The notes below the pieces were generated by a model. It searched no databases. It worked only from the letters and a program-made list of their open reading frames with translations, and was not told the DNA's origin. Of a stretch of 64,000 nt of DNA, positions 9,102-18,189 are shown piece by piece. Position numbers and translations under genes: made by a program. The stretch lies in IMG/VR virus record IMGVR_UViG_637000224_000001, positions 1 to 64,000 of that record; one strand, written 5' to 3'. Within the stretch, counting starts at the first letter, position 1; each line of letters starts with the position of its first letter. This DNA comes from a virus (lineage: Duplodnaviria > Caudoviricetes).

Positions 9102-9788
9102 TCAGACGTTCATCTTTGCAAAGACAGCCGGCAGAAAGAATGCTGTTGGATTGGCCGCTGCAATGGTGATCGCGTAAAGTTTGCTGTTCGGAAAGTCCCA
9201 CCAGCAATACAACGCCCTTGATATCGCACTACCCGAGTTCAACCCCATCCCAAACGAGTTAATCAATAGATACTCGTTCTCAGGGAAATTGAACGGCACT
9301 GAGTAATAGCAACGCACAAGGTTCTGACTGGTGTAGTCAAACCTCTCATAATTCCACGCTTGAAAAGAGCGCGTAAAGTTTGCACTTGAAGTCCCCGAAT
9401 CAAATAGCAGATTGGTTGAACCATCCCACAGTCGCATACCGAAATCCGCGACCGGTTGCGCAGCAAATTGAGCAACGAAATACCGGCCATTGGGCTGGGC
9501 AGTGTTCACGTCGTAGGCCCGAACATAGAAGCCGGTCCAGTTGCCTGCAGATCCTATCAAGCGCATAGCGCAAAGCCCCGCCACCGCATTTACGGTATCA
9601 GGCCTAACAAACACCAGTGGTGGCTCCTGCGAGGTTACTGGCCGAGGAAAGTAGGTGGTCGAACCAAGCCCGCTTTCCTCTGTAGGCTGATAACGCCCCG
9701 ACGCAATAACCATCAGTCGCGCATATTGCGAGTCAAGAACTACCACGTTACTGTTGTTAGAAAACTCTAGGCCGTATCCTTCCGCCAT
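9102..9788 (-). CDS. Tail tip accessory protein
   Basis: Tandem YGLEF/FGMRLWD-type repeats; position after J. Confidence 0.7.
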   Translation of the reverse strand: MAEGYGLEFSNNSNVVVLDSQYARLMVIASGRYQPTEESGLGSTTYFPRPVTSQEPPLVFVRPDTVNAVAGLCAMRLIGSAGNWTGFYVRAYDVNTAQPNGRYFVAQFAAQPVADFGMRLWDGSTNLLFDSGTSSANFTRSFQAWNYERFDYTSQNLVRCYYSVPFNFPENEYLLINSFGMGLNSGSAISRALYCWWDFPNSKLYAITIAAANPTAFFLPAVFAKMNV

Positions 9789-10108
9789 TATGAAAACCTC
9801 ATAACGATCAGGCGCATAGTTCCCGAGGAAACCGTGCTTGATCCATAAGTTCTGGTGTGGTTGTAAACCCTCGCGACACCGTCAACGAGTTCTGTTTCAT
9901 GCTGCCGTTGATTACTGTCATAGGTGCCGGCCGGAATCACCAATGCCACGCCGTTCCCCGGCCCCACTCCAGGCACAGCAAAGTCCTGACTGGTCTTTGT
10001 GGTGCCGGAGAATGTAACCAGCGTCGACAGAACAACCCGGATCGTGAACGAATTCTCGTCCAGTTGGAGAGCAGCATCTGCGCCCCACACCCTCATGCCA
10101 TTGCTCAT
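9788..10108 (-). CDS. Tail tip accessory protein
   Basis: MSNGMRVWGADAALQLD; start overlaps the J stop. Confidence 0.7.
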   Translation of the reverse strand: MSNGMRVWGADAALQLDENSFTIRVVLSTLVTFSGTTKTSQDFAVPGVGPGNGVALVIPAGTYDSNQRQHETELVDGVARVYNHTRTYGSSTVSSGTMRLIVMRFS

Positions 10109-13100
10109 TCGCTGAGGTCTCCCAACTGCACGCGTTTGACGTTGTTGATGTCGTAGACCCGGACTGATCGATTGGTTACCACCAGCCTGCCGCCGCCAGC
10201 GCCTGATCCGTTGATCTCGAGCGTCCCATCCTTGCGCAAGATCCAACCTCGCTGCCCGGCCACATAGTCAGTCGAGCTTATGAAACTGCCTATCTTGGCG
10301 TTGGTGATCGTCCCGTCCATGATGAACGTAGGGCCGAGGAACAGCTGGCCGTTCTGAGCAACGAAAGGTGTCGATATAGCCCCGCCCGCCATTGAGTTAA
10401 CGATGGCAAATCGATCAGCGCTCACCAAGAACTGGCTTTGCAGACCTGCCTCGGTGTTCTCAATACCAAAACCGAAGCCCGCCGCCACATAACGTCCGTC
10501 CTGCGTGACCTGCATTTTCACAGACCACATCGTGCTCAGCTTCCCTGCAGTGTCCGCATAAGCGGTAGCGGTTTGCTGAATCGCTGCTGTGTTCTGGGCA
10601 GCGGCATTATTTGCAGATGCGACCGAGGCCGAAAGCTGTTGAAGCGAGCTTGCGGTAGATGCCTGGTTGGTGCTGACTACCTCACGCAGATCAGTGACCT
10701 GGCTGGTGTTTGCACTCACCGTGGCCGTCAGTTGCGTTATTGTTCGTGCCGTGGCTTCGTTCTGAGCGGCTCGGGTAACAGCCTCCTGAACAATGCTGGC
10801 CGCGCTGTTGTAGCCCTTCAGCGCATCCGCCAGCGCGCCCTCTCCGTCATCCTCACGATACGCGGCCCGCAGCGCCTCCATATTCGACGCCTGGGCAGTG
10901 ACGACGCCATTCAACTCATTGATTTCGGTAGTGTGGGTCTGAACCTGAGCAGCCAAGCCGTTGGCCGTCTCTAGCAGCGTTCCGACGTCATCCCAGTACA
11001 CGGCGTTCGGTGGCGGCGTTCCTTTGGGCACTGCCCGTTCAGCTTGGTAAATCCGGCCATCGTCCACGACCATCTGACCTTTTTCATATGTCTCCTTTGG
11101 GTCGTAGGCCTTGAGTCCGTCTAGCGCATCAATCTGGTCTTGCAACTGCTCGATCAGCTCGATTTTTTGCAGCAGCTTCTGTCCGAGTTCGGTTTCGGTG
11201 ATCTGCCCAGCGATCATTTCAAGGATCGCCCCAGCATCATTGCTGGTCTGGCCCATCACGCCGGCGCCGGTCGGATACCACGGCCCCACGTTACCGGTCC
11301 GGTCCACCAGGCGCGCCCAGAAGAAAAACGTCACGCCCGCCAGCAGCCCCTGCATGACGTGTTCCGACTGCGGGTAGGCCAGGTCGCTGAGCTTCGTTGC
11401 CTTGGCCAGGTCGGTCGTCTGGCTGTACCAAATTTCAGTGCGCTGTGTGTCCTCCGCGCCAGGCGGGAAAGTCCACTTAAGATTGATGCCGAACATCAGC
11501 GACGCCGCAGTCAGCGACGTGACGGCAGGCGGTAGGCCCTCTTTCCCCTTGAGCTGCGTCAGGATCGAATTCCGCCAGCTCGACGAGATGTCATAGGCGC
11601 TGACGGCACGCACGCGGGCGAGATAGGCACCGGCATAGATGCCAGTGATGTCGACGCTGGTGGAGCCGGTGCGCTGCACCTTGATCCAGTTGCCGCTGTC
11701 CTTGCGCCACTCGACGTCATATGCCACGGCGCCGGCCACTGCTGGCCAGCTGATGGTCATCGTTGTAACGGCCAGACCTTGCGCAATCGCCGTCGTTGAC
11801 GCCAGCGAAACGCTGGCAGGCGATGCAACGACTGTAATCGGAATGACGCTGATCGGACGCTCTTCCAGTCGGGCACCGGAGTCGATGTAGCTGAACTTGC
11901 TCGGCTCATACTGAAGAGCGGTAATTGCGTACTCGCCTTCCGCACTGCGCTTCACGCTCAGCACCCGGTACAGAGGGATAGCTAAGTCATCGGCATCCAG
12001 CGCCCATTGCAGTTGCGTGGTCGGCGTCTCGCTATACGCGACGGTGACTGTGATCTCACGACCTGCCGCCGACTGCACGGTCCGACCTTCGGCCTGGCCA
12101 CTGGGCAGGTTGACGATCAAGCGGTCACCAGCCTTTGCCAGGGTGTCGCGATCGAGCGTTACTACTCTTCCAGCAGCACCAGCAATGCGTCCGCCGATCT
12201 CCCGGCCAGCCAGCAGCGAATCAGCGACGGGGATGATGTAGCCAGGAAGCGGAATAGCGCCTTCCATACCGGTGCTGAAGCTCACAGTACGGTCTTGATT
12301 GTTGCTCATCACGACCCACTTGCCGCGACGCTGCCCCTCGGAAGCGCGCGTGCAGCCGATCGCTGTCAGCTCAGTCGGCTTGTCACCGAAGCGGCGCTGC
12401 AGCACAGGGTCAGCGAACGGGATGACGTCGGTGTCGTAGTTGTTGTCCGGGTTGTCGTAACCAACGATTGCCCGGGTGTAGCGTGTCTTCGCCGAAGCGC
12501 TGCCGTAGGTGAATTTGCCGTCGATGACGTTGGCGCGAGTGAAGACGTAATCGAAGTCTTGGCTGCGCGGCATATCGGCTTGCGCAACCAGCTGGCCCTG
12601 AGCCCAGTAGGTCATGCCTCGATAAATGCCGGAGATATCGCGCAGCAGCGACCAGGCATTGGCCTTGCCCTGCAGGTTCATATCGCACAGGAAGCGAGGC
12701 TCTACGCCGCCGACTCCGTTCGGGACATCCTGATCGCAGTACTGCGCGATGCGGTACAACTCCCACTTGTCGACCATCCACGGCTTGATGCGCTTGCCCA
12801 GGCCAAACCGGTCTTGCGTGCAGACGCCGTATGTCACCCAGGCAGGGTTATTGGTCCACGCCTCTTTCATGGAGCCGTCCCACACGCCCGAATAGGTTCG
12901 GGTGAATGGGTCGTAATTGCTTGGCACCTGCCATTTCCGCGCCTTGCACTTGACCGTTACTGCGGGAATGTTGGTGAACTGCTCAGCATCAAACTCGATG
13001 TAGAGCAGCGCCGTGTTCGGGTAGCGCAGCTTTGCGTCGATGACCTCTGTGAGCCCGGCGACCAGCATGGTGTCGGCGATCTTGTTGGTGTTCTGGTTCG

Positions 13101-13689
13101 CGGTCAGGCGACGAACACGGATCTGCCAGCCTGATGTCGCGGCGGGCAAATCGATGCGGCGCGATCGCTCGTAGCGGGTGGTGGTCTTGCCGTCAACGGC
13201 CTCCAGCAGTGCCTGCTTGTAGCTCCCGCCGTCAGTCGCCACGTCGATGGCGTATTCAATGCGGTAGCCGCCTACACCATTGTCGTCTTGCTTCTGGAGC
13301 GCGGGCCACGCCAAGCGCACACGCACGGCAGACAGCTGCGTGTTGGTGATCGAGCGCACCCACGGAGAGTCGTTGCGCAGCTCGACGTTGACTGTCGTCT
13401 CGTTGTCGATCGACGGAATGCCAGGAATGTACGACTGATCAACTGAACCGGTTCGCCACTCCCACTTCACGTTTTGGAAATTCACGTTGCCGCTGGCATC
13501 GTTGATCGGCGTGTTGTCGAGGTATATGTCAGAAGCCGTCGGGGTGCCTTCGAACTCGCCCTCTCCTACGGCGATGAGCAGCTTTGCCAAGTTGGTGGAG
13601 CGCAGGCTATCGGAGGCCTCGGTCGGCGACTTCGGACTGCTGCTGCCGCCTTTTTCACCGCGGATATCGATCTTCAGTGCTGCGCCCAT
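10105..13689 (-). CDS. Central tail fibre / tip attachment protein J
   Basis: 1194 aa; GEGEFEG, WTNNPAW, FN3-like segments, coiled coil, FLVSADRFA. Confidence 0.93.
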   Translation of the reverse strand: MGAALKIDIRGEKGGSSSPKSPTEASDSLRSTNLAKLLIAVGEGEFEGTPTASDIYLDNTPINDASGNVNFQNVKWEWRTGSVDQSYIPGIPSIDNETTVNVELRNDSPWVRSITNTQLSAVRVRLAWPALQKQDDNGVGGYRIEYAIDVATDGGSYKQALLEAVDGKTTTRYERSRRIDLPAATSGWQIRVRRLTANQNTNKIADTMLVAGLTEVIDAKLRYPNTALLYIEFDAEQFTNIPAVTVKCKARKWQVPSNYDPFTRTYSGVWDGSMKEAWTNNPAWVTYGVCTQDRFGLGKRIKPWMVDKWELYRIAQYCDQDVPNGVGGVEPRFLCDMNLQGKANAWSLLRDISGIYRGMTYWAQGQLVAQADMPRSQDFDYVFTRANVIDGKFTYGSASAKTRYTRAIVGYDNPDNNYDTDVIPFADPVLQRRFGDKPTELTAIGCTRASEGQRRGKWVVMSNNQDRTVSFSTGMEGAIPLPGYIIPVADSLLAGREIGGRIAGAAGRVVTLDRDTLAKAGDRLIVNLPSGQAEGRTVQSAAGREITVTVAYSETPTTQLQWALDADDLAIPLYRVLSVKRSAEGEYAITALQYEPSKFSYIDSGARLEERPISVIPITVVASPASVSLASTTAIAQGLAVTTMTISWPAVAGAVAYDVEWRKDSGNWIKVQRTGSTSVDITGIYAGAYLARVRAVSAYDISSSWRNSILTQLKGKEGLPPAVTSLTAASLMFGINLKWTFPPGAEDTQRTEIWYSQTTDLAKATKLSDLAYPQSEHVMQGLLAGVTFFFWARLVDRTGNVGPWYPTGAGVMGQTSNDAGAILEMIAGQITETELGQKLLQKIELIEQLQDQIDALDGLKAYDPKETYEKGQMVVDDGRIYQAERAVPKGTPPPNAVYWDDVGTLLETANGLAAQVQTHTTEINELNGVVTAQASNMEALRAAYREDDGEGALADALKGYNSAASIVQEAVTRAAQNEATARTITQLTATVSANTSQVTDLREVVSTNQASTASSLQQLSASVASANNAAAQNTAAIQQTATAYADTAGKLSTMWSVKMQVTQDGRYVAAGFGFGIENTEAGLQSQFLVSADRFAIVNSMAGGAISTPFVAQNGQLFLGPTFIMDGTITNAKIGSFISSTDYVAGQRGWILRKDGTLEINGSGAGGGRLVVTNRSVRVYDINNVKRVQLGDLSE

Positions 13690-13705
13690 GCTTTTCTCCA
13701 GGCAT

Positions 13706-13730
13706 AAAAAAACCGCCTCGTGGGCGGTTT
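13706..13730 (-). terminator. Rho-independent terminator after moron
   Basis: AAACCGCC-TCGTG-GGCGGTTT with A-tract on the plus strand. Confidence 0.7.
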
Positions 13731-13744
13731 GAAAGTGTTTATTT

Positions 13745-14356
13745 TTATAGCGCGAGAGGCTCGGCGTAACTGACGTCCATCAAAATATCGCTTCCCTTTT
13801 CAAATAGCGCCTTTACAACCGACTTCTGATCCTCGTCTGCCGTCATATTGAAGGTAAGCTGTTTGCCCCCTGGGGCTCTCATGGGAACTCCAAGGAGATT
13901 TCCGCTGCAGGAATATTCCAGCAGCGTGAAGCCTTCCCATAACATTCTCTCAAGATCGTCCCATTGATGAAGCTCACGAAGATCATCAGACTTTGGAGCG
14001 TGCAGGTAATTACCTAGCCTTTCACCAATCGCACTCAGGCCCGGTGTCACAGGTGTGTACTTGCACAGAAGCAAAGGGAATCCGTCAGAGAATATCTTAA
14101 TGTTAACCTCCTGCACGCATCCGGCAAATGCCCGCTCCACCTCTCTACCAAGTGCAGCAATCTGCCATCCTTGTTTTTTTTTGGCCGTGACATCTTTTTG
14201 ATGCTCAAGATACTCTCGATATCTTGACTCGATTCCGAACCTTAGTTCCAATGCACTGTAGAAATAGTATTCTGGCTTTTGTGCCCCTCTAGCGAAAAGC
14301 TTTTTACCTCTCACCAAATGATTCTTCGCGCCCCTAAAATAACTGTTCGCTTCCAT
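13745..14356 (-). CDS. Moron, candidate HEPN-like protein
   Basis: 203 aa, AT-rich; YSALELRFGIE helix and RLGNYLH (R-x5-H). Confidence 0.7.
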   Translation of the reverse strand: MEANSYFRGAKNHLVRGKKLFARGAQKPEYYFYSALELRFGIESRYREYLEHQKDVTAKKKQGWQIAALGREVERAFAGCVQEVNIKIFSDGFPLLLCKYTPVTPGLSAIGERLGNYLHAPKSDDLRELHQWDDLERMLWEGFTLLEYSCSGNLLGVPMRAPGGKQLTFNMTADEDQKSVVKALFEKGSDILMDVSYAEPLAL

Positions 14357-14382
14357 GTTTTTCTCGAAAAGTCAAAGCTGTA

Positions 14383-14961
14383 TCATACCTTGTCTTCTGC
14401 GTAGATCGATGCAGAGATGATCGCCCCGCCCCAGCGCCGCTCACCGATACAGATTGGGACAGGGTTGCCGCTGGCAGTGGTGTTCTTCGCACTGCCGAAG
14501 GCATAGGACGGCTGATTCTCTGGCGCTGCGCTCTGCTTGATACCTGCCGCTTGAGGGCTGAGCATCTGGATTACGCCGCCAGCCAGCAATGCAATGCCTG
14601 CGGGGGCCGTGGGGGCTCCGAAGAAGCTTGCTGCAATCAGGACAACGCCAAGGACAGTCTGTATCAGGCCTCCCCGCTTGCTGCCCTGCAGCACCGGCAC
14701 AACCCTGACCTCGCGAGAACCTCCGAGTCCGAAGCCTTCCTCGCCGACGTTCTTGCCGTTGCGGAATATCGCGAAGCGCATGCCGAGTCGATCAAGTCGC
14801 CGGATCTCGTCAGCAAAGCCTTCCAGTGTCGCCTTCAGGGCTTTGAACACCTCCCAGGTCTGGCCGGAGTCGATCTGCCTGCGGTGCACCCTGCCGAACT
14901 TGCGCGCCAGTGATCCGGATAGCTTGATCGTGGTCATGGGTGAGTAGTGAATAGCTGCCAT
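14383..14961 (-). CDS. Tail assembly protein I
   Basis: IKLSGSLARKFG, VPVLQGSK, GNPVPICIGERRWGG. Confidence 0.9.
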   Translation of the reverse strand: MAAIHYSPMTTIKLSGSLARKFGRVHRRQIDSGQTWEVFKALKATLEGFADEIRRLDRLGMRFAIFRNGKNVGEEGFGLGGSREVRVVPVLQGSKRGGLIQTVLGVVLIAASFFGAPTAPAGIALLAGGVIQMLSPQAAGIKQSAAPENQPSYAFGSAKNTTASGNPVPICIGERRWGGAIISASIYAEDKV

Positions 14962-14978
14962 GTGTTTCTCCGGACATG

Positions 14979-14999
14979 AAAAAGCCGCCCGGAGGCGGC
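14979..14999 (-). terminator. Rho-independent terminator
   Basis: AAAAA-GCCGCC-CGGA-GGCGGC. Confidence 0.65.
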
Positions 15000-15017
15000 C
15001 TCATAGTTTGTTCGTCT

Positions 15018-15254
15018 TTAGGGTTTTCTGCCGTACTTGGCTTTGAAATCTGCTTCGAATTTTTCACAGGTTGGGACGACTATAGATAATGCTGCTGAGT
15101 TACCTGCGTGCTTACGCTCATCCTCACGGCAAAGCTCAATCGCTGTTTTGGCGCGTTCTTTTTCCATCCATTCCGGGTCGTTTTTAGCGGATGTGCCAAT
15201 AACTAAGAGCGCTCCCAGTCCGATGAGAATGGCGAGGACAATTTTCCAGATCAT
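15018..15254 (-). CDS. Moron, small exported/membrane protein
   Basis: MIWKIVLAILIGLGALLVIG hydrophobic N-terminus; two Cys. Confidence 0.7.
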   Translation of the reverse strand: MIWKIVLAILIGLGALLVIGTSAKNDPEWMEKERAKTAIELCREDERKHAGNSAALSIVVPTCEKFEADFKAKYGRKP

Positions 15255-15527
15255 GCATAGACCCCCTTTTAGATGGTCGCAATCTACCATCCCGAACAGG
15301 GCAGAAAAAGAAAAGGCACCAGAAGGTGCCCAATCGTTGCTGTGTTCGGCCATAACTTGCCGTACCTTACAGCGCCTCGCTTAGCCGCATCGAGCCGTGC
15401 CAAATCAAAGCGCATGATGGTTGCTCACCGTAATGCCGAATGACACCAATCGGCATCCTGTGGGGGCTCGTCCTCTTGAATGTACAAAGGCCGGTACGAC
15501 TCAGAAAGCGCGCTTCGTGGCGAGGCG

Positions 15528-15821
15528 TCATTTACGGAATACTGCCCAAAGCACGCCTATTACAATCAGAGCTGCAAAAACGTAAGAGCCGACGCCTGGC
15601 TTAGCGGCCGAGCCAGGGTCGTTTGGATTGGAGCGAGCCGTCTTATACAGTTTCGAGGTCGAAACACCCATACCTGGGATGCCCGCCGTGACCCGCGTTC
15701 CTTTCTTGCCAATATTAGTCGTAAATCCCTTACCGCCGATCGAGGTACTGACCCCGCTTTTACTCACGTTGAGACGAACACCAGGAGCGATTTTGAAGCT
15801 TTTACGTATGCGCAGGGCCAT
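15528..15821 (-). CDS. DUF4236-like protein (moron)
   Basis: MALRIRKSFKIAPGVRLNVSKSGVSTSIG; C-terminal TM. Confidence 0.8.
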   Translation of the reverse strand: MALRIRKSFKIAPGVRLNVSKSGVSTSIGGKGFTTNIGKKGTRVTAGIPGMGVSTSKLYKTARSNPNDPGSAAKPGVGSYVFAALIVIGVLWAVFRK

Positions 15822-15990
15822 GGATTCAGTTCCTTTGAATAACCAATATCACGGAGCCACCATTATACGCTCGTTTTCGAGATCAGGAAGGCTGTCCACA
15901 CATCCAGCGTGGATGGAATGCCAGTGGCGTCAAAACAGTTCGAGTAGTAGCGTCTTGCCTCGCTTGACGCTTACCCAACGAGTTCCACTT

Positions 15991-16293
15991 ATGAACGATC
16001 CAAAACAGGCTCTCGATAAAATAGAGGATCTCCTCAGCGCCGCACGCGGCACTGACGATCTGTTTCAGCGTGCTGCGGCCTTCAGTGCGATATCCATCCT
16101 TGTGAAGAACTTGGATGACTATTTCAAAGAGCGTGCCCCATACGCTGGTGAAAATATTGAGCGTCTGCGCTCTCACGCATCGTCAATGCTCGGATACGAC
16201 GTGACGCTTGGCCACAGCACAGAGCAGCATCACGTCTGGGCTCTATCTGCAATTTCGGCGCTGAGCGAAGCTCTCGACAAGCTCGGTAGATAA
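15991..16293 (+). CDS. Moron, helical hypothetical protein
   Basis: 100 aa from MNDPKQ, opposite strand to the tail operon. Confidence 0.6.
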   Translation: MNDPKQALDKIEDLLSAARGTDDLFQRAAAFSAISILVKNLDDYFKERAPYAGENIERLRSHASSMLGYDVTLGHSTEQHHVWALSAISALSEALDKLGR

Positions 16294-16322
16294 AGGATTT
16301 TCCGGTCACTGGCCCTGTCGCA

Positions 16323-17087
16323 TCACGTGGTCGAGTATGCTTCTTTGTGCCTGAGAATCAGGCGAGTCCTGTCCAGCCAAGGGCCGCCGAAGACGATTAT
16401 CTCGCTGCGCCTGCCGTACAGGTGGTGCAGCAGGAAAGGGCCGGGGCCGAATACCCCGCCTTCCTCACCGGTCAGCGAAGCGTCCCCGCCGAGATAGATG
16501 CCAGCGTGGTTCGGGTGCTTCGTCCGCCCTACCTCCATCACGATCATGTCGCCGCGCTGCGGCTGATCAACCCTGACGAACCCGGCCGCCTCGTAATTGG
16601 CTTCATACAGGCTTTCCGCATCCGCACTTTCCCACCATCCGTCTGTACGCTCAAATGCTTCGAACTCCAGGCCGAACTCGCGCTTGTACCAATCGGCGCA
16701 GACCTGCCAGCAGTCCCACGCACCATGCACGAACTGGCGTTTCAGAAGCGGTGTATTCCCACTCGGCACGATGGTGCGCAGGTCGCCTTCGGGCCAGCTG
16801 AGGATATGCCAGGGCAGTTCCGTCGCTTCGCACATCGCCAGGTCGCGAGGTGACGGCCTGCTGGTCGCGTCGGGGTGCGAGTGGACAACTCCGATGATGG
16901 CGCCCAGTTCTTCCGCCGCTGCGTAATCCTCGGGGCTGATGCGGAACTCTTCGTTTGGATCGGTCGCCGAGTTGGAGCAAGGAAAGTACTGCTGCTTTCG
17001 CCCCACGCTCAGGAGCAACCCGCAGCACTCGCGCGGGTACTCAGCCGCCGCATGCGTCTGCACGGCCGCCAAAATGTATTTCAGCAT
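16323..17087 (-). CDS. Tail assembly protein K (JAB + NlpC/P60)
   Basis: YPRECCG, VHSHPD, HGAWDCW, NHAGIY. Confidence 0.93.
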   Translation of the reverse strand: MLKYILAAVQTHAAAEYPRECCGLLLSVGRKQQYFPCSNSATDPNEEFRISPEDYAAAEELGAIIGVVHSHPDATSRPSPRDLAMCEATELPWHILSWPEGDLRTIVPSGNTPLLKRQFVHGAWDCWQVCADWYKREFGLEFEAFERTDGWWESADAESLYEANYEAAGFVRVDQPQRGDMIVMEVGRTKHPNHAGIYLGGDASLTGEEGGVFGPGPFLLHHLYGRRSEIIVFGGPWLDRTRLILRHKEAYSTT

Positions 17088-17089
17088 GG

Positions 17090-17839
17090 TCAGCTCCGAG
17101 CGATCAGGGATACGGCGGGGAAACCGCCAAAGGGTACTTCGTTGCCAGCCCCGAAGCGCGGCGTGCAGCCGCGCGTCAGCGTGGCATCGCAGACATCAAG
17201 TTCAGGGTTATCGGTGGGCTGACCGTCCTTGTCGACGTATGGCCCGGTGTAGCCGCAGTTTGGCCCGCGATATCCACCAGTGAGGCACCAGTGACAAAGC
17301 GTGGTCATCTGCCGGCCAATCGATTCGCCGCCGACGTCGCCCGGGCTGGCCAGCTCCCAGCTGACCGTTTCACCGTCCTCATTGGTTTTCTGATCGAGAT
17401 ACCAGACCTCGATAGACTCCTGAGTAGGATCAGCGTCGGGGTTGCCGCCAGGAAAGTTCTCGGCGTCCAGGTACCTGCCGAGCGTATGGCGCATCGTAAG
17501 CTTGAACTCGAGCAGATCCTCGAATGCCAAACAGAGCGCCGTGATGCGCCCGTTGACGTTACCCACGGAAAGCGTGGGCCGGACTGCCGTACCGTCGCCA
17601 TTCGCTTCAATGCCGTCAATCTGCATGGGCCAGGCCCCATACTCATTGCCTTGCCACCAGATTGATTTGGCGGGCAGCTGATCAGCCTCAAGGCCGGCTG
17701 CTATCAATTCAGCGGCAGTGTGCGGGATGGCATGACCGTGGAAGCGCAAAATGTCTGCGCCGTAATCAGAGCCATCGAGCTCAAACAGCAATGCTTCGCT
17801 GCCTGGCTCAAGCGCCTGGATGTCAGCAATCAACGGCAT
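17090..17839 (-). CDS. Minor tail protein L
   Basis: WQGNEYGAWP, Cys cluster CHWC..C...C...C, FGGFP. Confidence 0.92.
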   Translation of the reverse strand: MPLIADIQALEPGSEALLFELDGSDYGADILRFHGHAIPHTAAELIAAGLEADQLPAKSIWWQGNEYGAWPMQIDGIEANGDGTAVRPTLSVGNVNGRITALCLAFEDLLEFKLTMRHTLGRYLDAENFPGGNPDADPTQESIEVWYLDQKTNEDGETVSWELASPGDVGGESIGRQMTTLCHWCLTGGYRGPNCGYTGPYVDKDGQPTDNPELDVCDATLTRGCTPRFGAGNEVPFGGFPAVSLIARS

Positions 17840-17848
17840 GAGATGTCC

Positions 17849-18187
17849 TTAAGGGTGGAAGGCCCGGTCGAACGTGGCCGTCAATTTGAATACGTTGCCA
17901 CCCATCGGGGTCGGCACTGGATTTTTGCAGGTGAACAGACCCAGCTGGCCGAGCGGTGTGGTCCAGAGGAACGCTTTCGCTCCGGCGTGCTTGTCGAGGA
18001 ACTCCATAATCTTCAGAATCCTATCCTTCGTTCCGGTGAATGTGATCGGGTATGAGTCCTCCTTGTTATTCGGCCCGTCTCCGACGTCCTGCTTGTAGCC
18101 ATTGCCGAACTGGGAGGTGCGCACCCGATAAGCGATATCGGGCGCGTCTCCGTGCTGGGTAGGCCAGGTAAAGGTTTCAATCGCCAT
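17849..18187 (-). CDS. Minor tail protein M
   Basis: ETFTWP, QFGNGYKQ, AFLWTTP. Confidence 0.9.
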   Translation of the reverse strand: MAIETFTWPTQHGDAPDIAYRVRTSQFGNGYKQDVGDGPNNKEDSYPITFTGTKDRILKIMEFLDKHAGAKAFLWTTPLGQLGLFTCKNPVPTPMGGNVFKLTATFDRAFHP

Positions 18188-18189
18188 AA

